Positions 27,701 through 38,307 of a stretch of DNA of 64,000 nt are shown here, one piece after another. Under the pieces are notes generated by a model. The model made no database searches. It saw only the letters and a program-made list of their open reading frames with translations, and was not told the DNA's origin. Where the stretch lies: IMG/VR virus record IMGVR_UViG_3300029288_000144, positions 13,464 through 77,463 of that record. The stretch is one strand, 5' to 3'. How positions within the stretch are numbered: position 1 is the first letter of the stretch; the number at the start of each line of letters is the position of its first letter. The translations under genes were made by a program, and so were the position numbers. This DNA comes from a virus (taxonomy: Duplodnaviria; Caudoviricetes).

Positions 27701-28235
27701 AAGTTACTCTAAAAAGATTCTGATAATTCCAGTTAGTAGAAGATGCCGACAATGGATTCCAAGTGTTTACAGATGCTCCATTTAATGTTGTGTATGTCCC
27801 AACTGCCGAAAGTTGCCCAGCCGCAACATTAACAAAACGTGTTGCTGATGTTTGTGTCTGAAGGACTCGGTTGTTTAAAACGTTTACAACACTATCACCA
27901 TTTCTCTGACGGGTTCCTGTGAATAGTGGTCCGGTTCCCGAAGTTCCCCGCGAATACATTGTGTTGAAATTTTTGATATCATAAGACCCCTGACCAAAAA
28001 GTTCTGGGTTATTATAAATTATTTCATACGCTGATAAAGAAGTGTGGGTTGCTGTTGAATAATTAAGTGAACTTATACTCAAAGCCGAAGTATCACAAAT
28101 AGTTTTATCTACTCTGAAATCGTAAATAGGTAGAAAATAAGTCAAAGCGAAATAAGGACCTAATGCTCCTGCGGATGTTACAGAAGATAGACCAGCCGAG
28201 CAAATATAAGTTACACCATTTAGACTTGACATCAA
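24753..28235 (-). CDS. baseplate/tail-fibre protein with YadA-head-like and Asn-rich beta-roll repeats
   Basis: ~14-aa repeats (ATGxxSxAxG, SxAxG), NNSIFGNNNTI-type repeats; directly follows gp7-like gene. Confidence 0.7.
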   Translation of the reverse strand: MMSSLNGVTYICSAGLSSVTSAGALGPYFALTYFLPIYDFRVDKTICDTSALSISSLNYSTATHTSLSAYEIIYNNPELFGQGSYDIKNFNTMYSRGTSGTGPLFTGTRQRNGDSVVNVLNNRVLQTQTSATRFVNVAAGQLSAVGTYTTLNGASVNTWNPLSASSTNWNYQNLFRVTSYSPNQSTSGVASGNYKCRIPAGTGSFKFNMLAIYATRVNQYGYADPGVVGSPYNPTLFAVVVFDTPQIKSDTAGSLNAFEANIELQFSLASSAASPVYINTDYFTRIPTSNTTSAYALNYDGDVVISSSASPGSWVPRAKLTITDPEKDQVRLAYDDMRFTNIKTTRFKPYDNYPDWADMAVFDIDTSCPDDAILQLGYNCVATGIKSIAMGCYCSATGYANSGSSNYGDTNPSIYELYTTERGGYTLATGVETLAQGLISTTFGYRTSAIGFGSLAGGYQSVASSEGMDTTYYGSPSEGMNLAYGFKTSAISDVDSGLFPGGYSPSSLQNWFAGLLITGGNFATNIQTLAKGNGNTAFNINTISYGTGNNSFGMSTSALGILTIATGLSTLADGILSQSHGQHTSANAILSYVFGGYAQADVNAHGSFTFGSPYLYGGGVGSTTIYFPGYVKKIWDGSSEQQIPVSSSWDNIGQYTKTYNDGMGSFVFGQGTTVYSGAIQSFIAGINNITYSQGSTILGNKNTVQTGSASSSVVGGNNSIISSNFSTAIGFFNNINSSESSYIKGIYNNVTTTSTYSFVTGINNTISAAPETKVCGSDNNIISSNQTNVFGNRNGVNSSVNSSIFGNNNTIVGTYVVAFGNNNSIFNSVNSYSIGNSTSITNATNSVAIGYGASVNSSETVQIGSCWLTSASLVAKNIVLDAKACSTNNTRTKISLKADEIELEGYTGNIERYKYSLFIHRVRYDNNGSNTNDSYIVIKIFRARCDSYSGKIDSVSFKASSSRDGSIKTVETNTTVKTIITKLIQFVMFNPITMKFLYGDAADYANVNTYIANGYRMIAVSRTPSYTIEGLCRQMSADYYLFNDINKIDIYTTSNDEPTPSDDTIHGNYPGYDEQTFTSTITNNQFNILAQGRVGSGETDSKIKFVDRLNSTISASNYGETVTGRGKEFSCFNGIIGRSFGIGPYTTNVSSDDSLSVLRY

Positions 28236-28257
28236 TGCCTCATTTATGTTACAAAAC

Positions 28258-28265
28258 TATTTATG
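28258..28265 (-). promoter_or_regulatory. T4-like late promoter CATAAATA
   Basis: upstream of GAGG SD and fibre gene. Confidence 0.6.
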
Positions 28266-31200
28266 AAATTGTTTTGTTTATAAACAGATTACCTTCAAGT
28301 TGATATCTGCCCGAAACATAAATTTCCGGGGATTCTGTTTTGAACTGTCCAACTAATCCTTCAAAAACAACATTAGCTGGACGAATTGCCTCAAAACTCT
28401 TATAGACAGATGTCAACATTTGCTCGCTTCCATAAATGTTTTCGAGTGACGTGTTGTTTATATCAATAGACACATACATGTGAGGTGTCGGGAATCTATC
28501 ATTTGTCATTTCTGGAGATACGTATGTTCCGGGAGGAATATTGTTTATAACCCAATCAGAAACATAATCATTCGTATACACTTCTAATAAATCTCCAAAA
28601 ATTCCAAAAGACAAAAGTAGAGTTTTAATAGCATTTCTTGTTGTTTTTATTGAATACCAGTTTGGTAAATTCCTAACAACAAATCTCAGGGCTTTCTTTT
28701 GATATTCAATAAAAACCTCATTGTTATCTGGACCATCGTTATAAGCCGAACTATTTGGACTTGATATGAAACCTCCGAGTTCGCTCTTATTAACATCTAC
28801 ATTGTAACCCAGATAATTAGCAAAAAATTGAATATAATCTAATTCCATGGTATCTGGGTCATGTAGATTTCTAAGCCGATTTGTTTTTTCAAGAACCCCC
28901 AGAGAACATGGTTGGTCGAGATTTTGATACAGTGTGTTTAGATATCCTTCAAAAAACGAGGTTAGAGTTATATATTCAGATTCTTGTCCATTGTTATCAA
29001 AAGCGAGATGATTTGGAACATAATTGGTTAGATTTATTTTCCTACCATCACAAGCAAAAACACAATTGTTCATTGTAAAAGTTGCAGAATTTGATAACTG
29101 ATTCATAGCCGAAATTGTTACATTTCCCGAAGCCGAAATTTCAACAGCAACATCATATATTTTGTTAGAATTTACCGAAACTAACGAAGAAATGTTTCCA
29201 CCAACAACGCCAATAGTTGCTGATAATATTCCATACGCCATATCACTTATGCGGAAATTAGAAGTTATTGTTTTTCCATACTCTTCAACTAATGATTCGG
29301 GGACAGAGTTTATGTGTATTATGGTTGGATAAGAAATTAAACCAACGGTTGTTACAATTATTGTTATTGGTTCAGAATAAGAATATGCTCCAAGATTATC
29401 AGTTGTTTTTGATATTAACGTATGACTTCCTGGCGTTAATAACGACGCAGGAATTGTTAACGTTCCATTTGTAGTGGTTCCAACATAAATCAACTGGCCA
29501 TTAACAATTTCATAAACCTCTGTTGAAACTATGGTTGCTGAATTCGGTGTTGTTCCTGTAGCACTAATTGTTATGTTAGCCGAAACAGAATATGAAGAAG
29601 TTGTTGTTGAAATTGTAGATATCGTTTCTTCTATCATATTAACATTTACTATTGGAGATAACGCGGTTAATCCCGTAGTATCGTAAATTTTAGCAACAAG
29701 TGACGACACATTCGAATTATTTGTTATTCTCCAAACATTATTACTTATTTCTGAGGAATTGCCAATTAAAGTGACACCATCGTATACTTCAACTGCCGAA
29801 ATCTGTCCAAACGAACTTGGCGAGACTAATGTATCAATATTAAAAGGAGTTCCTGACATAATATAAGAATTATTAACAGGGTTCGTTATAAATGCGACCG
29901 GATAACTTATAACAGTAGATGATACTTTTGTGGAATACGAATAACATCCATTTGTCGTTGTTGTTTTAGCGTAGAATTCTATTATTCCCGGAACAGTTAC
30001 CAACGCAGAATTGCCATTAACTAATTGGTTATTCATATAATATTGTATTTCTGATATGTTTGTATTAGATGAACTTACCGAAAAATCCACATACGACATC
30101 AATGGATAATATAATCCTGATGTCGGACTAGTCAATACCGAAGTAGTTGCTTCTTGAATAGGATGCGTGTTTTTGTTTTTCATATCAACACCAAAAAGCG
30201 TTGAGCTTGTATAAAGTGTAAAAGCCGAAGTTCCAACAACTGGGTAATAATCAAAATCAAACGTAACAAAATCATTATTACTCAAAGCACTTATTTCCGA
30301 AATAGTATACACCGGTGTTTCAAAGTTATCGTAAACAACAGCTGAAGTTATAGTTTCTGTTGAGAACAAATAGGGATTCCCGGATGTTCCGTATGATGAA
30401 ATAAATTGCGCTTTTGCTACAATCCCCGAAATGTGTAGTTTATCTCCTGCACAATTAGACGACTCAATAGTTCCAATATTTGACAAGAAGGCGGTCCTTA
30501 TCAAAGTTATGTATTCTGAATATACCTCACATCCGCCGTTTGTAATGACTTTAGATTTAATATTGTAAATTTTATCTTTAATTATACTAAACGAAATTGT
30601 GTTTGTTGATGAATACAAAACTTCAATAGAATCATCGGTTTCAATTATAAACTGTGTCTCTTTAACATCAAAAACATCCATTGACGACGAAATAGTTATA
30701 TTTGTTGCTGATACGGGAACAATATATATACCTGATACATTGTGTGAATAATTTGTTGGAAAAATTACATTCTTCACATCACCCGTTGTTAAAGATGATA
30801 TTGGATAATTATAAATAAAATTTCCATATTCATTCACGCAAATAAAGTTAAGATTTGTAGTCCCATCAATAGGATTTGACCAGAGATAATTAAAAGCATA
30901 CGAATCATTTGTTTGACTTAGAGACAAGTCGGTCACATACGTATTATCTGCATATAATTTAGCTATAAATGTATTGTCAATATATGGATTGCTACCAGAA
31001 ACTCCATCGAAGAATAAAGACCCATTTATTCTTATAGTGCTACCACAATTAGAAAAGTTTGAAAGTTCAACAGTTGGCCCAAGAACATAGAATGCTAAGA
31101 TTTCGTAATCCAAGCACCCACCTATTGTTCTGGTTTCTATTAAAATATATTTAAGCGTTCCGGTATATTCTGTTGGTATATACGCCGAATTATTTGGAAC

Positions 31201-34200
31201 GGATGCCGAAATTAAAGACAATTTGTTTCCATATTCATCACTGTTCCAAATATCCATATACGTTACTTCAGAAGATATAACCGACGCCGATACAAGAACA
31301 TTCCCAGCACTAACAACATTTATTTTAGGAGTTATTACAGTCCCCGTTTTTTTACCAAAGGGGAAGTTGTTTATTACATTTAGAATTGGTGTGGTGCCAG
31401 CTGATATAACAAATGGGGTTATCGAGAAATCTGTTGCTGATACAGCATCATAAACAACTGCGGATAGGTTGTGAATTCCAGATGGAGGAGAATTCCAATT
31501 CCAAATAAAACTACCATCAACACTAATAGCTGATGTTATTACCTCGTTTGCCGAAACTATTTTCACAACGCAATTTGAATTTCCATCAGCATCCAAAACT
31601 AATCCAGTTACAGGTATAGTTCCATCATGACAAGCTGGACCCATGGGATTTGTTAATGTAAACGTTGGGATATTATTAGCTGATATTGAATGTAAATTTG
31701 AAGTTGCTGAAGAACCATATACATCTGTTGCCGTTAAGAAAATATCATAAACCCCCCCAACATTGTTAAATATTTCCAGTTCGGCTGATACATTTATTGT
31801 TTTGCTCCAAACATCACCTATATTTGTTCCTACTCCAACACTCGTTGTAACTACGCCATTCGTTATGAAGAATTCCGCTGAAGGAACAGCTGATGAATTT
31901 GTAATATTTCCAATAAGCGTTATGTTTGTATTTTGTAACGAATACATTCCCTCGGCTGGAGGGGTTATCAGCGTTACTTCGGGGGCTTTTCTAACAGCCG
32001 ATGCCAAAATTGTTGATGTTGTTGAGCTTCCACCAAATGAATCAAACACTGTTGCTGAAATAACACTTGTTCCGGACATTGGATTCTGCCACACATATTC
32101 CCACGAACCTGATGTAAAATTTTGATAAGTTTTTATTGTTCCTAGTCCTATTGTTGTTGAACTGGTATATGCTGAAATTGTGGTTACGTAATCGTTCACA
32201 TCGGTCCCAAAATCTGGTTCGTAAAATCTACCAAAAATAGTTAAAGGCGATGTATTTGAATACGGCGCAGGAGATACAAACAATGAGACATTCGGAGTCT
32301 GGTTTCCATACGCCATATAAATTTCGGACTCTGCCGAACAACCTTTTGAAGTGGTAACCGATAGTTTATAGTAAATCCTCTGCCCCATTTGAAGAGAATC
32401 ATAAACTTCAACATTCTTTACGACTTCCGAAACTTCAACCAAATTCCAGGTAACACTGTCAATTGATTTGTATAGCGAATAAGTTGCCGTGTCACCATGA
32501 TAAAAATCAACACCCCCAATATCAAATTCAAATAACTTAGTAACCTCTCGGGTGTTTATTACCGAAATATTATTTGATGGGTGTGTTTTTGTAATCACCG
32601 GTTTTCTGCTCGAAACAACATAGAAATCTGCCGAAACACTATCATATTCGTAGTCAAATTTTGCTATGTATCTAGCGTTTTCGTTAAATGGTAAATTTGA
32701 ATAATTGCTTGTCCAAACATCACCAACTGTTATATTTGAATCAATATAATTGTAATTATAAGAACCCCAATTAGCGCCATTATATTTACTCATTCCTGAT
32801 TGTGTGGCCACCCATATGTTACTGTTAGTTTTTAGGATACATTTAATATTATCATCTGGAAATGATTTATATGTTTTAGTATCATATACAACCCAATTTG
32901 CAGAAACTTGCGATGCAGAAAAATCAATTCCTGTAAATTTTAACAGACCGCCATTAAACGCACCATTGACGCCTTTCCCGAATCCAAAATATTTGTCCGA
33001 CCCATCAGCAAACACATATGAACATTGTAAATTCTTTAATGCGGTGGATGATGAATTTAATCCATTTGGCCAAGAAGGAGTATTATCAGGATTTGCGTAT
33101 TGCCATGCAGAGGTCGTTGTGTTATAATATCCAAGGCCGCTAGTAGAACCAACATAAATATTTCCGTAAACATCAACATCAACATCAACTACATCCGGAA
33201 TCGTTGGTGTAGGAACCTTTACGAATTCATCAGTAGCGCTTGAGTAAATACAAACATTCAACTCTGTTCCAACAACAAGGTTTGAATTATTGTGCTTTAA
33301 TGATGTTATATATTCGTTAACCGGTGTCGAATAACTTGTAACGAATGGGTCGTTGAAATTATTTCCTACAATTTTAAGAATATTGTTAGCTGCACTCCAC
33401 GACAAACTAAACCACATATTATCATTATCGTCTACAGCAATATTATTTACTTCTACACCTTCTCCAAAATTAGAAAATATCGAGTTTGTTGTGTTGTAGT
33501 AAATCCAATCATTTGACGACACCGAATTCCACTTTGTTGTATCAAAACGAATTAGCCCAGACCAATATCTATTGCTTAGACCTATAAAAGCCATGCCGTT
33601 AGAGTTCATTCCTAAACATGTTAGATTTTTATAAGGGATGTCTTGAAAATAAGATTTCCAAATATTTGTGGTCGAATCAAATCTCCAAAGTCCATCATTT
33701 TCCGTAGCAACCCACAAAACATCCGAATTATTAACATCTTCGACCATATCAACAACAACCGCCGATATTGGCAAAAATGTCCCAGAAACTGTTATTTTTC
33801 CTGTGGCCGATGTGTTTGAAACAGTTCCAGCAAATGTTACAACCCCGTCGTTACAAACAATTCCGGATGTTGTTATTGTTAGAGTTGGCGCATCAACAAG
33901 AACTATTGTTACCAACTCACTGAAACCGTAAACTCCTTGGTCCGATTCAGCTTTCGCGAAAAATTGAATAATGTTGCTTCCTGATGGGAATGTTATCGAC
34001 CCGGACCACAAATCTCCATTATTTGTTAAATTACCAGCAAAAACATCTTGGCTATTGTTCTTGTAATAAACTTCAACATCCGTTATACTTCCTCCAGATA
34101 CTGATGATTCGGCATTTACTACAACTGTGTTTGAAAATAAATTAGAATTTTCTAGAGGTTTCTTAATTTCGATGTTTGGAACTGGACCAATCGGATTTGC

Positions 34201-35676
34201 TACATTATACGCAATTAGAAGTTGAGGCTTTCCAGTTGGTGTTCCTGATGAAGAAAACCTGGAGGAATTCATTTTATAAACAATTGGAGCAACGCTGGTC
34301 TCGTTAGAGCTTGGATGGAGTTTTATTAAAAATCCATGGTTTTCTGTAGGATTCAATCGCCAATATTCAACAATATCTGACACATTAACATCAATCCAAA
34401 AGTGTTTATTATTCTGTGCGGATGTAAAATTTTCATTAAGATTTACATTTCCAAGCCAAACGTGTGCCTCGGAATCATAATCTCCACCGACCGAGCTCCA
34501 AGTTGTTGAACTTGTAGCGTTTGACCAAGTTGCTTGAGATTCCTCCCACGCCTTTGTTATTCTGTGAACCGACACATGTCCGTCGTTAGCAGAATAATTC
34601 CAGGCTCCCGATGTCTCTAAAACATTCAATCTTAAAATGGCATTACGAATACTTGTGGCTGAAGTTGGTATTCCCCCAAGGTCAAATTTCAAAAGAGACC
34701 GGGTTGTAGTTGAAGACGAACTTTTAATCTGGAGTAGATTTTTATCAACAGAATTAACGGCGACAGGATTGCTCTCTCCATCAGAGATATACACGCCTTG
34801 ATTAGCACCACTTGTTGAAGTAGGCTCTAATTTGATTTGATTAACTATGTTTGGGTGATATCCAGGCATTCCCCTTCCAACATCCGTTTCTTCATTAACA
34901 TCTACCCAAGCACCATCAACAAATTCTTGTAGAACAAAGTGTAAATTATTATCCAAGGCAGACTCGAGCTTAGAATACCAATATTCCGATGGTTTTGATG
35001 AACTATTAAAATAACCGGATGTAGGGGATATAAAAATTTCAGTCCCTGAAAGACCGCAATTTGACGGAATCGAAAGTGACGAATTCCAAGAAATTATAAA
35101 TTTTGTATCGCAACGCCGAGAATCAACTCGCACATATTCAGCTGCTGATAAAAACGATAATGCTGGAGCGGGAGCAGCGGTTGTTGAACCTGAATACACC
35201 TCTTGCGTATACGGTATAAACCACGTAACCGAATAACCAACATTTGGCGGCAACTCTGTCAAAACAATATCGAAGTAATAATCTGTTCGGTTTATTATAG
35301 AAATAGGAGCTATGTAAGAATTATTCGATGGTATGTTTAGGGTAATTATTGGTGCTAGTTTTGAACTATCTATTACTTCGTGATTAACTCTATAAACATA
35401 TGAAGATGTGTTAAGATTAACAATACCAGTTTGCCCGACACCCGAATAATTTGGATTCGGCATAATTGTAAATGGTTGTATTGTTCCGTTACCCACACCA
35501 CCACTAACGATAGTTTCGGATGCCAGTCTCGACTGGCTCCATAAATATCCGACAACCCGAACGGCTGACAATGAAACAGAATTAGTATCAGTATTAGTAA
35601 TTTGAAGATTTACAGAATATTTTGAATTATCATCATAACCAGCGCCGCGACAAACTTTCAAATCCAATTTAGACAT
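28261..35676 (-). CDS. giant baseplate wedge protein (gp7-like C-terminus) with DNRLRE/CBM-like, beta-propeller and Ig-like domains
   Basis: RSLLKFDL..WEESQATW..NHGFLIK; propeller (LWVATENDGLW, IAVDDNDNMWF, IWVATQSGM); PxVxIxxP Ig repeats; C-term LHDPD..YIQFFANYLGY..LPNWYSIKTT; follows gp6. Confidence 0.75.
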   Translation of the reverse strand: MSKLDLKVCRGAGYDDNSKYSVNLQITNTDTNSVSLSAVRVVGYLWSQSRLASETIVSGGVGNGTIQPFTIMPNPNYSGVGQTGIVNLNTSSYVYRVNHEVIDSSKLAPIITLNIPSNNSYIAPISIINRTDYYFDIVLTELPPNVGYSVTWFIPYTQEVYSGSTTAAPAPALSFLSAAEYVRVDSRRCDTKFIISWNSSLSIPSNCGLSGTEIFISPTSGYFNSSSKPSEYWYSKLESALDNNLHFVLQEFVDGAWVDVNEETDVGRGMPGYHPNIVNQIKLEPTSTSGANQGVYISDGESNPVAVNSVDKNLLQIKSSSSTTTRSLLKFDLGGIPTSATSIRNAILRLNVLETSGAWNYSANDGHVSVHRITKAWEESQATWSNATSSTTWSSVGGDYDSEAHVWLGNVNLNENFTSAQNNKHFWIDVNVSDIVEYWRLNPTENHGFLIKLHPSSNETSVAPIVYKMNSSRFSSSGTPTGKPQLLIAYNVANPIGPVPNIEIKKPLENSNLFSNTVVVNAESSVSGGSITDVEVYYKNNSQDVFAGNLTNNGDLWSGSITFPSGSNIIQFFAKAESDQGVYGFSELVTIVLVDAPTLTITTSGIVCNDGVVTFAGTVSNTSATGKITVSGTFLPISAVVVDMVEDVNNSDVLWVATENDGLWRFDSTTNIWKSYFQDIPYKNLTCLGMNSNGMAFIGLSNRYWSGLIRFDTTKWNSVSSNDWIYYNTTNSIFSNFGEGVEVNNIAVDDNDNMWFSLSWSAANNILKIVGNNFNDPFVTSYSTPVNEYITSLKHNNSNLVVGTELNVCIYSSATDEFVKVPTPTIPDVVDVDVDVYGNIYVGSTSGLGYYNTTTSAWQYANPDNTPSWPNGLNSSSTALKNLQCSYVFADGSDKYFGFGKGVNGAFNGGLLKFTGIDFSASQVSANWVVYDTKTYKSFPDDNIKCILKTNSNIWVATQSGMSKYNGANWGSYNYNYIDSNITVGDVWTSNYSNLPFNENARYIAKFDYEYDSVSADFYVVSSRKPVITKTHPSNNISVINTREVTKLFEFDIGGVDFYHGDTATYSLYKSIDSVTWNLVEVSEVVKNVEVYDSLQMGQRIYYKLSVTTSKGCSAESEIYMAYGNQTPNVSLFVSPAPYSNTSPLTIFGRFYEPDFGTDVNDYVTTISAYTSSTTIGLGTIKTYQNFTSGSWEYVWQNPMSGTSVISATVFDSFGGSSTTSTILASAVRKAPEVTLITPPAEGMYSLQNTNITLIGNITNSSAVPSAEFFITNGVVTTSVGVGTNIGDVWSKTINVSAELEIFNNVGGVYDIFLTATDVYGSSATSNLHSISANNIPTFTLTNPMGPACHDGTIPVTGLVLDADGNSNCVVKIVSANEVITSAISVDGSFIWNWNSPPSGIHNLSAVVYDAVSATDFSITPFVISAGTTPILNVINNFPFGKKTGTVITPKINVVSAGNVLVSASVISSEVTYMDIWNSDEYGNKLSLISASVPNNSAYIPTEYTGTLKYILIETRTIGGCLDYEILAFYVLGPTVELSNFSNCGSTIRINGSLFFDGVSGSNPYIDNTFIAKLYADNTYVTDLSLSQTNDSYAFNYLWSNPIDGTTNLNFICVNEYGNFIYNYPISSLTTGDVKNVIFPTNYSHNVSGIYIVPVSATNITISSSMDVFDVKETQFIIETDDSIEVLYSSTNTISFSIIKDKIYNIKSKVITNGGCEVYSEYITLIRTAFLSNIGTIESSNCAGDKLHISGIVAKAQFISSYGTSGNPYLFSTETITSAVVYDNFETPVYTISEISALSNNDFVTFDFDYYPVVGTSAFTLYTSSTLFGVDMKNKNTHPIQEATTSVLTSPTSGLYYPLMSYVDFSVSSSNTNISEIQYYMNNQLVNGNSALVTVPGIIEFYAKTTTTNGCYSYSTKVSSTVISYPVAFITNPVNNSYIMSGTPFNIDTLVSPSSFGQISAVEVYDGVTLIGNSSEISNNVWRITNNSNVSSLVAKIYDTTGLTALSPIVNVNMIEETISTISTTTSSYSVSANITISATGTTPNSATIVSTEVYEIVNGQLIYVGTTTNGTLTIPASLLTPGSHTLISKTTDNLGAYSYSEPITIIVTTVGLISYPTIIHINSVPESLVEEYGKTITSNFRISDMAYGILSATIGVVGGNISSLVSVNSNKIYDVAVEISASGNVTISAMNQLSNSATFTMNNCVFACDGRKINLTNYVPNHLAFDNNGQESEYITLTSFFEGYLNTLYQNLDQPCSLGVLEKTNRLRNLHDPDTMELDYIQFFANYLGYNVDVNKSELGGFISSPNSSAYNDGPDNNEVFIEYQKKALRFVVRNLPNWYSIKTTRNAIKTLLLSFGIFGDLLEVYTNDYVSDWVINNIPPGTYVSPEMTNDRFPTPHMYVSIDINNTSLENIYGSEQMLTSVYKSFEAIRPANVVFEGLVGQFKTESPEIYVSGRYQLEGNLFINKTIS

Positions 35677-35694
35677 TAACCACCTCGTTAAAAC

Positions 35695-35701
35695 TATTTA
35701 G
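35695..35701 (-). promoter_or_regulatory. T4-like late promoter CTAAATA
   Basis: upstream of GAGGTGG SD. Confidence 0.6.
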
Positions 35702-35704
35702 TTA

Positions 35705-38305
35705 TTAACGATAGTAAACATATTGAGAAAGTTCCGGAGCCTTTATTCTTACTATCTCATTCTTTATAGTATAATTTACAGCATTTGTATATTCATCCAT
35801 CACACTATTCTGTAAATCGTTTATGAAAGAGTTTCTAAAAATATCAACAACCAGTGAGAATTTTGTATTTAGAAAATCTGCAACTTCAATAGGGTTAGCT
35901 TTGGAGATTAGACGAATATCTTTTCCAAAAATAGAGTCAAACGAATTTGTATTAACTGAATTTGTATTAAGTTGTCTTAGCGAACACCCAACACAACTAT
36001 CCTTGTTGGAAATATAACCCTGAACATAATGAAGAATTGAAGAATTTGCTTTGTTGTCTGTCGCGATAAGTTTTAACTTATTGTAAACACAATTCATCAT
36101 TCCAATATAGAAATTTCTCTCACTTGGCTTAAAGTCATAGATTAAATCTTGCTCACTATCACCATCAATAAAAACCCTACAGTATCTCTTGTTCCAAATA
36201 TTTTTAGACGGCCACACAATATCCGTAACAACAAATTTCTGATTTGAATAGATGTTTGGGTCAACTTTATATGTTACAGTCTCAAGTTGAGGCAAAACCA
36301 TCAATATCGCTTGTTTAGTATCATTTGAATACGATGAAAGTATTTCGGAAAGAGTCCAAGAATATATATCATAACTGTTATAAAGATATGGTTCCGAAAT
36401 ACTTCTTATATTATCAGTTTGATTATATATTTTACCAATTGGGTCAGAATCGTATGTTGCTGAGACTACTCCAAATCCTGTTGCGCTCGTAAAACGACTA
36501 TTTGTTAATGCGTCTTCGTAAAATTCATTATTCGATAAAAGTTTTATATCTGCGTGATGAACTTCTGGGAAGCTTTCAATTATCTCCAGCAAGTTTGAAA
36601 TATAAACAGGAACGTCAAAATCAGCATTATTGTCAAGGTATTCATAAATGGCGTTTTTAATTTTGTTATTTGTATTTATCCTATCTGCTAATGCGTTAAG
36701 ATAAACATACCCCCCGATTTTCAAATCTTTTATTATTGGCGAAATATATACATTCTTTACCGTAACCTGCGAACGATTCTTTAATTTATCATAAACTAAT
36801 CCAACATCATCAAGCTCTCCAGATGATTCGAATTTTTCATCTTTGAGTGGAGTTGTTGAATCGCCTACTACTAATAAATCAAACCAATTATTATCTGCCA
36901 ACAATCTATAAAAATCTTCATCTGTAGCAATGGAATCATAGGTATTAACACCATTTGTCACTGTTTTATGATACATGCTTCCAAGAATTGAAAAAAGAAC
37001 AACATTAAACATTTTAATATTAGGAACAATTTTATCAACCGTCTCTTCTTGTTCACCCCAAGCAATAGCATTTTTAACAGTTATCGGCGAAGTTAATGTT
37101 TTCAAAAAGTTCACATAATCTTTTGAAGAAACGCATCTGTCTAAAGAATAGAAAATACCAGGAGCATTTACTTTCATAGATTCGATAGATTCAATATCAG
37201 CGCCGCCAGTTATGTTCTTTCTTAAATAGAAATCGACATCCCCGCTTTGGAAAGAACCAAAAGATGAATTTTGACAAAATACTAGTTTACCAACAACTCC
37301 GATTTGATTAGCTAAGGACCCAGCCGTGGATAGATATTTAACATAAAGATGTTGATTAAATGATGGGCCAATTTTACCTATATTATCATCCGCGAACAAC
37401 ACCTCAACCGCGTCATCCATAGCCGTTCGTATCACACAATATTTTGAAGACTTTCCAGTATCTCTTGCAGATAAGGACGAATATGTAGCATCGTTTAAGA
37501 AAGAACGACGGTCAATATAAAACTCTCCGGAGTTATCAAAATTATTCATGTCTGGAGCAAACGCGGTAACTTCCGTTTCAGCAACACCAATCCTTGTAAA
37601 ATTATGTGTTACATCAATAACACCCGTTGATGAGTTATAACCATAATCTTCTGAACCATATAAATTTGAAAACCCCTTATCGGATATTTTATAAATTTGA
37701 TATCTTGTATTTATTTGTGGATTGTCTGTTGGAGCTAAATCATAAGCCAACAAATCTCCCTGAATTAAAGTTATTGGCGTTTTATTATTGTCAGTAATTT
37801 GTTCATTTGGTTTAAGAACCCCAACGTCTGTTTTGTCGTAAAAATCTAATGTAATTGAATAATTCGGGTCTGTAGCAAAATTGTTTATATCTGTCTGTGT
37901 TAATGTGTAGCTTATAGAATCCTTAAGAACGTAATTATACCCATTGAATGAAAAAACTGTTCCTTTGTTTAGAATAAATGTGTTTGGTGAGGTTCCGGCG
38001 GATTTTATCTTAATTCGTATCGAAGTTGTTGCTGGAATTGGTCTCTGAACAACATATCCAAGCATTTTAGACAACATGATAACCGAACTTCTTAATTTTG
38101 CCGAATCTAAGAAGGATTCTTCCGCACGTCTTCCGATATAATAATTTGTAAAATCTGTCGTTGCTGCAAAAATTTCAACAAGAACGGAATATAACTGAGA
38201 TTCTGTAAAATTAGAAAACCTCGGGTCTTTTGACATTCGCGATATTATGCTCTGTTTTATTTCGCCATAAGAAAGATTTGCGTAATTTAGAAAGTTAGAT
38301 TCCAA
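35705..38305 (-). CDS. baseplate wedge subunit (T4 gp6-like)
   Basis: NLSYGEIKQSI..ESFLDSAKLRSSVIMLSKMLGY, GGADIESIESMKVNAP, RCVSSKDY. Confidence 0.9.
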   Translation of the reverse strand: MESNFLNYANLSYGEIKQSIISRMSKDPRFSNFTESQLYSVLVEIFAATTDFTNYYIGRRAEESFLDSAKLRSSVIMLSKMLGYVVQRPIPATTSIRIKIKSAGTSPNTFILNKGTVFSFNGYNYVLKDSISYTLTQTDINNFATDPNYSITLDFYDKTDVGVLKPNEQITDNNKTPITLIQGDLLAYDLAPTDNPQINTRYQIYKISDKGFSNLYGSEDYGYNSSTGVIDVTHNFTRIGVAETEVTAFAPDMNNFDNSGEFYIDRRSFLNDATYSSLSARDTGKSSKYCVIRTAMDDAVEVLFADDNIGKIGPSFNQHLYVKYLSTAGSLANQIGVVGKLVFCQNSSFGSFQSGDVDFYLRKNITGGADIESIESMKVNAPGIFYSLDRCVSSKDYVNFLKTLTSPITVKNAIAWGEQEETVDKIVPNIKMFNVVLFSILGSMYHKTVTNGVNTYDSIATDEDFYRLLADNNWFDLLVVGDSTTPLKDEKFESSGELDDVGLVYDKLKNRSQVTVKNVYISPIIKDLKIGGYVYLNALADRINTNNKIKNAIYEYLDNNADFDVPVYISNLLEIIESFPEVHHADIKLLSNNEFYEDALTNSRFTSATGFGVVSATYDSDPIGKIYNQTDNIRSISEPYLYNSYDIYSWTLSEILSSYSNDTKQAILMVLPQLETVTYKVDPNIYSNQKFVVTDIVWPSKNIWNKRYCRVFIDGDSEQDLIYDFKPSERNFYIGMMNCVYNKLKLIATDNKANSSILHYVQGYISNKDSCVGCSLRQLNTNSVNTNSFDSIFGKDIRLISKANPIEVADFLNTKFSLVVDIFRNSFINDLQNSVMDEYTNAVNYTIKNEIVRIKAPELSQYVYYR

Positions 38306-38307
38306 TG

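Noticed and set aside
24753-35676. Diversity-generating retroelement acting on fibres
   Set aside because: No reverse transcriptase and no TR/VR repeat pair in the window.
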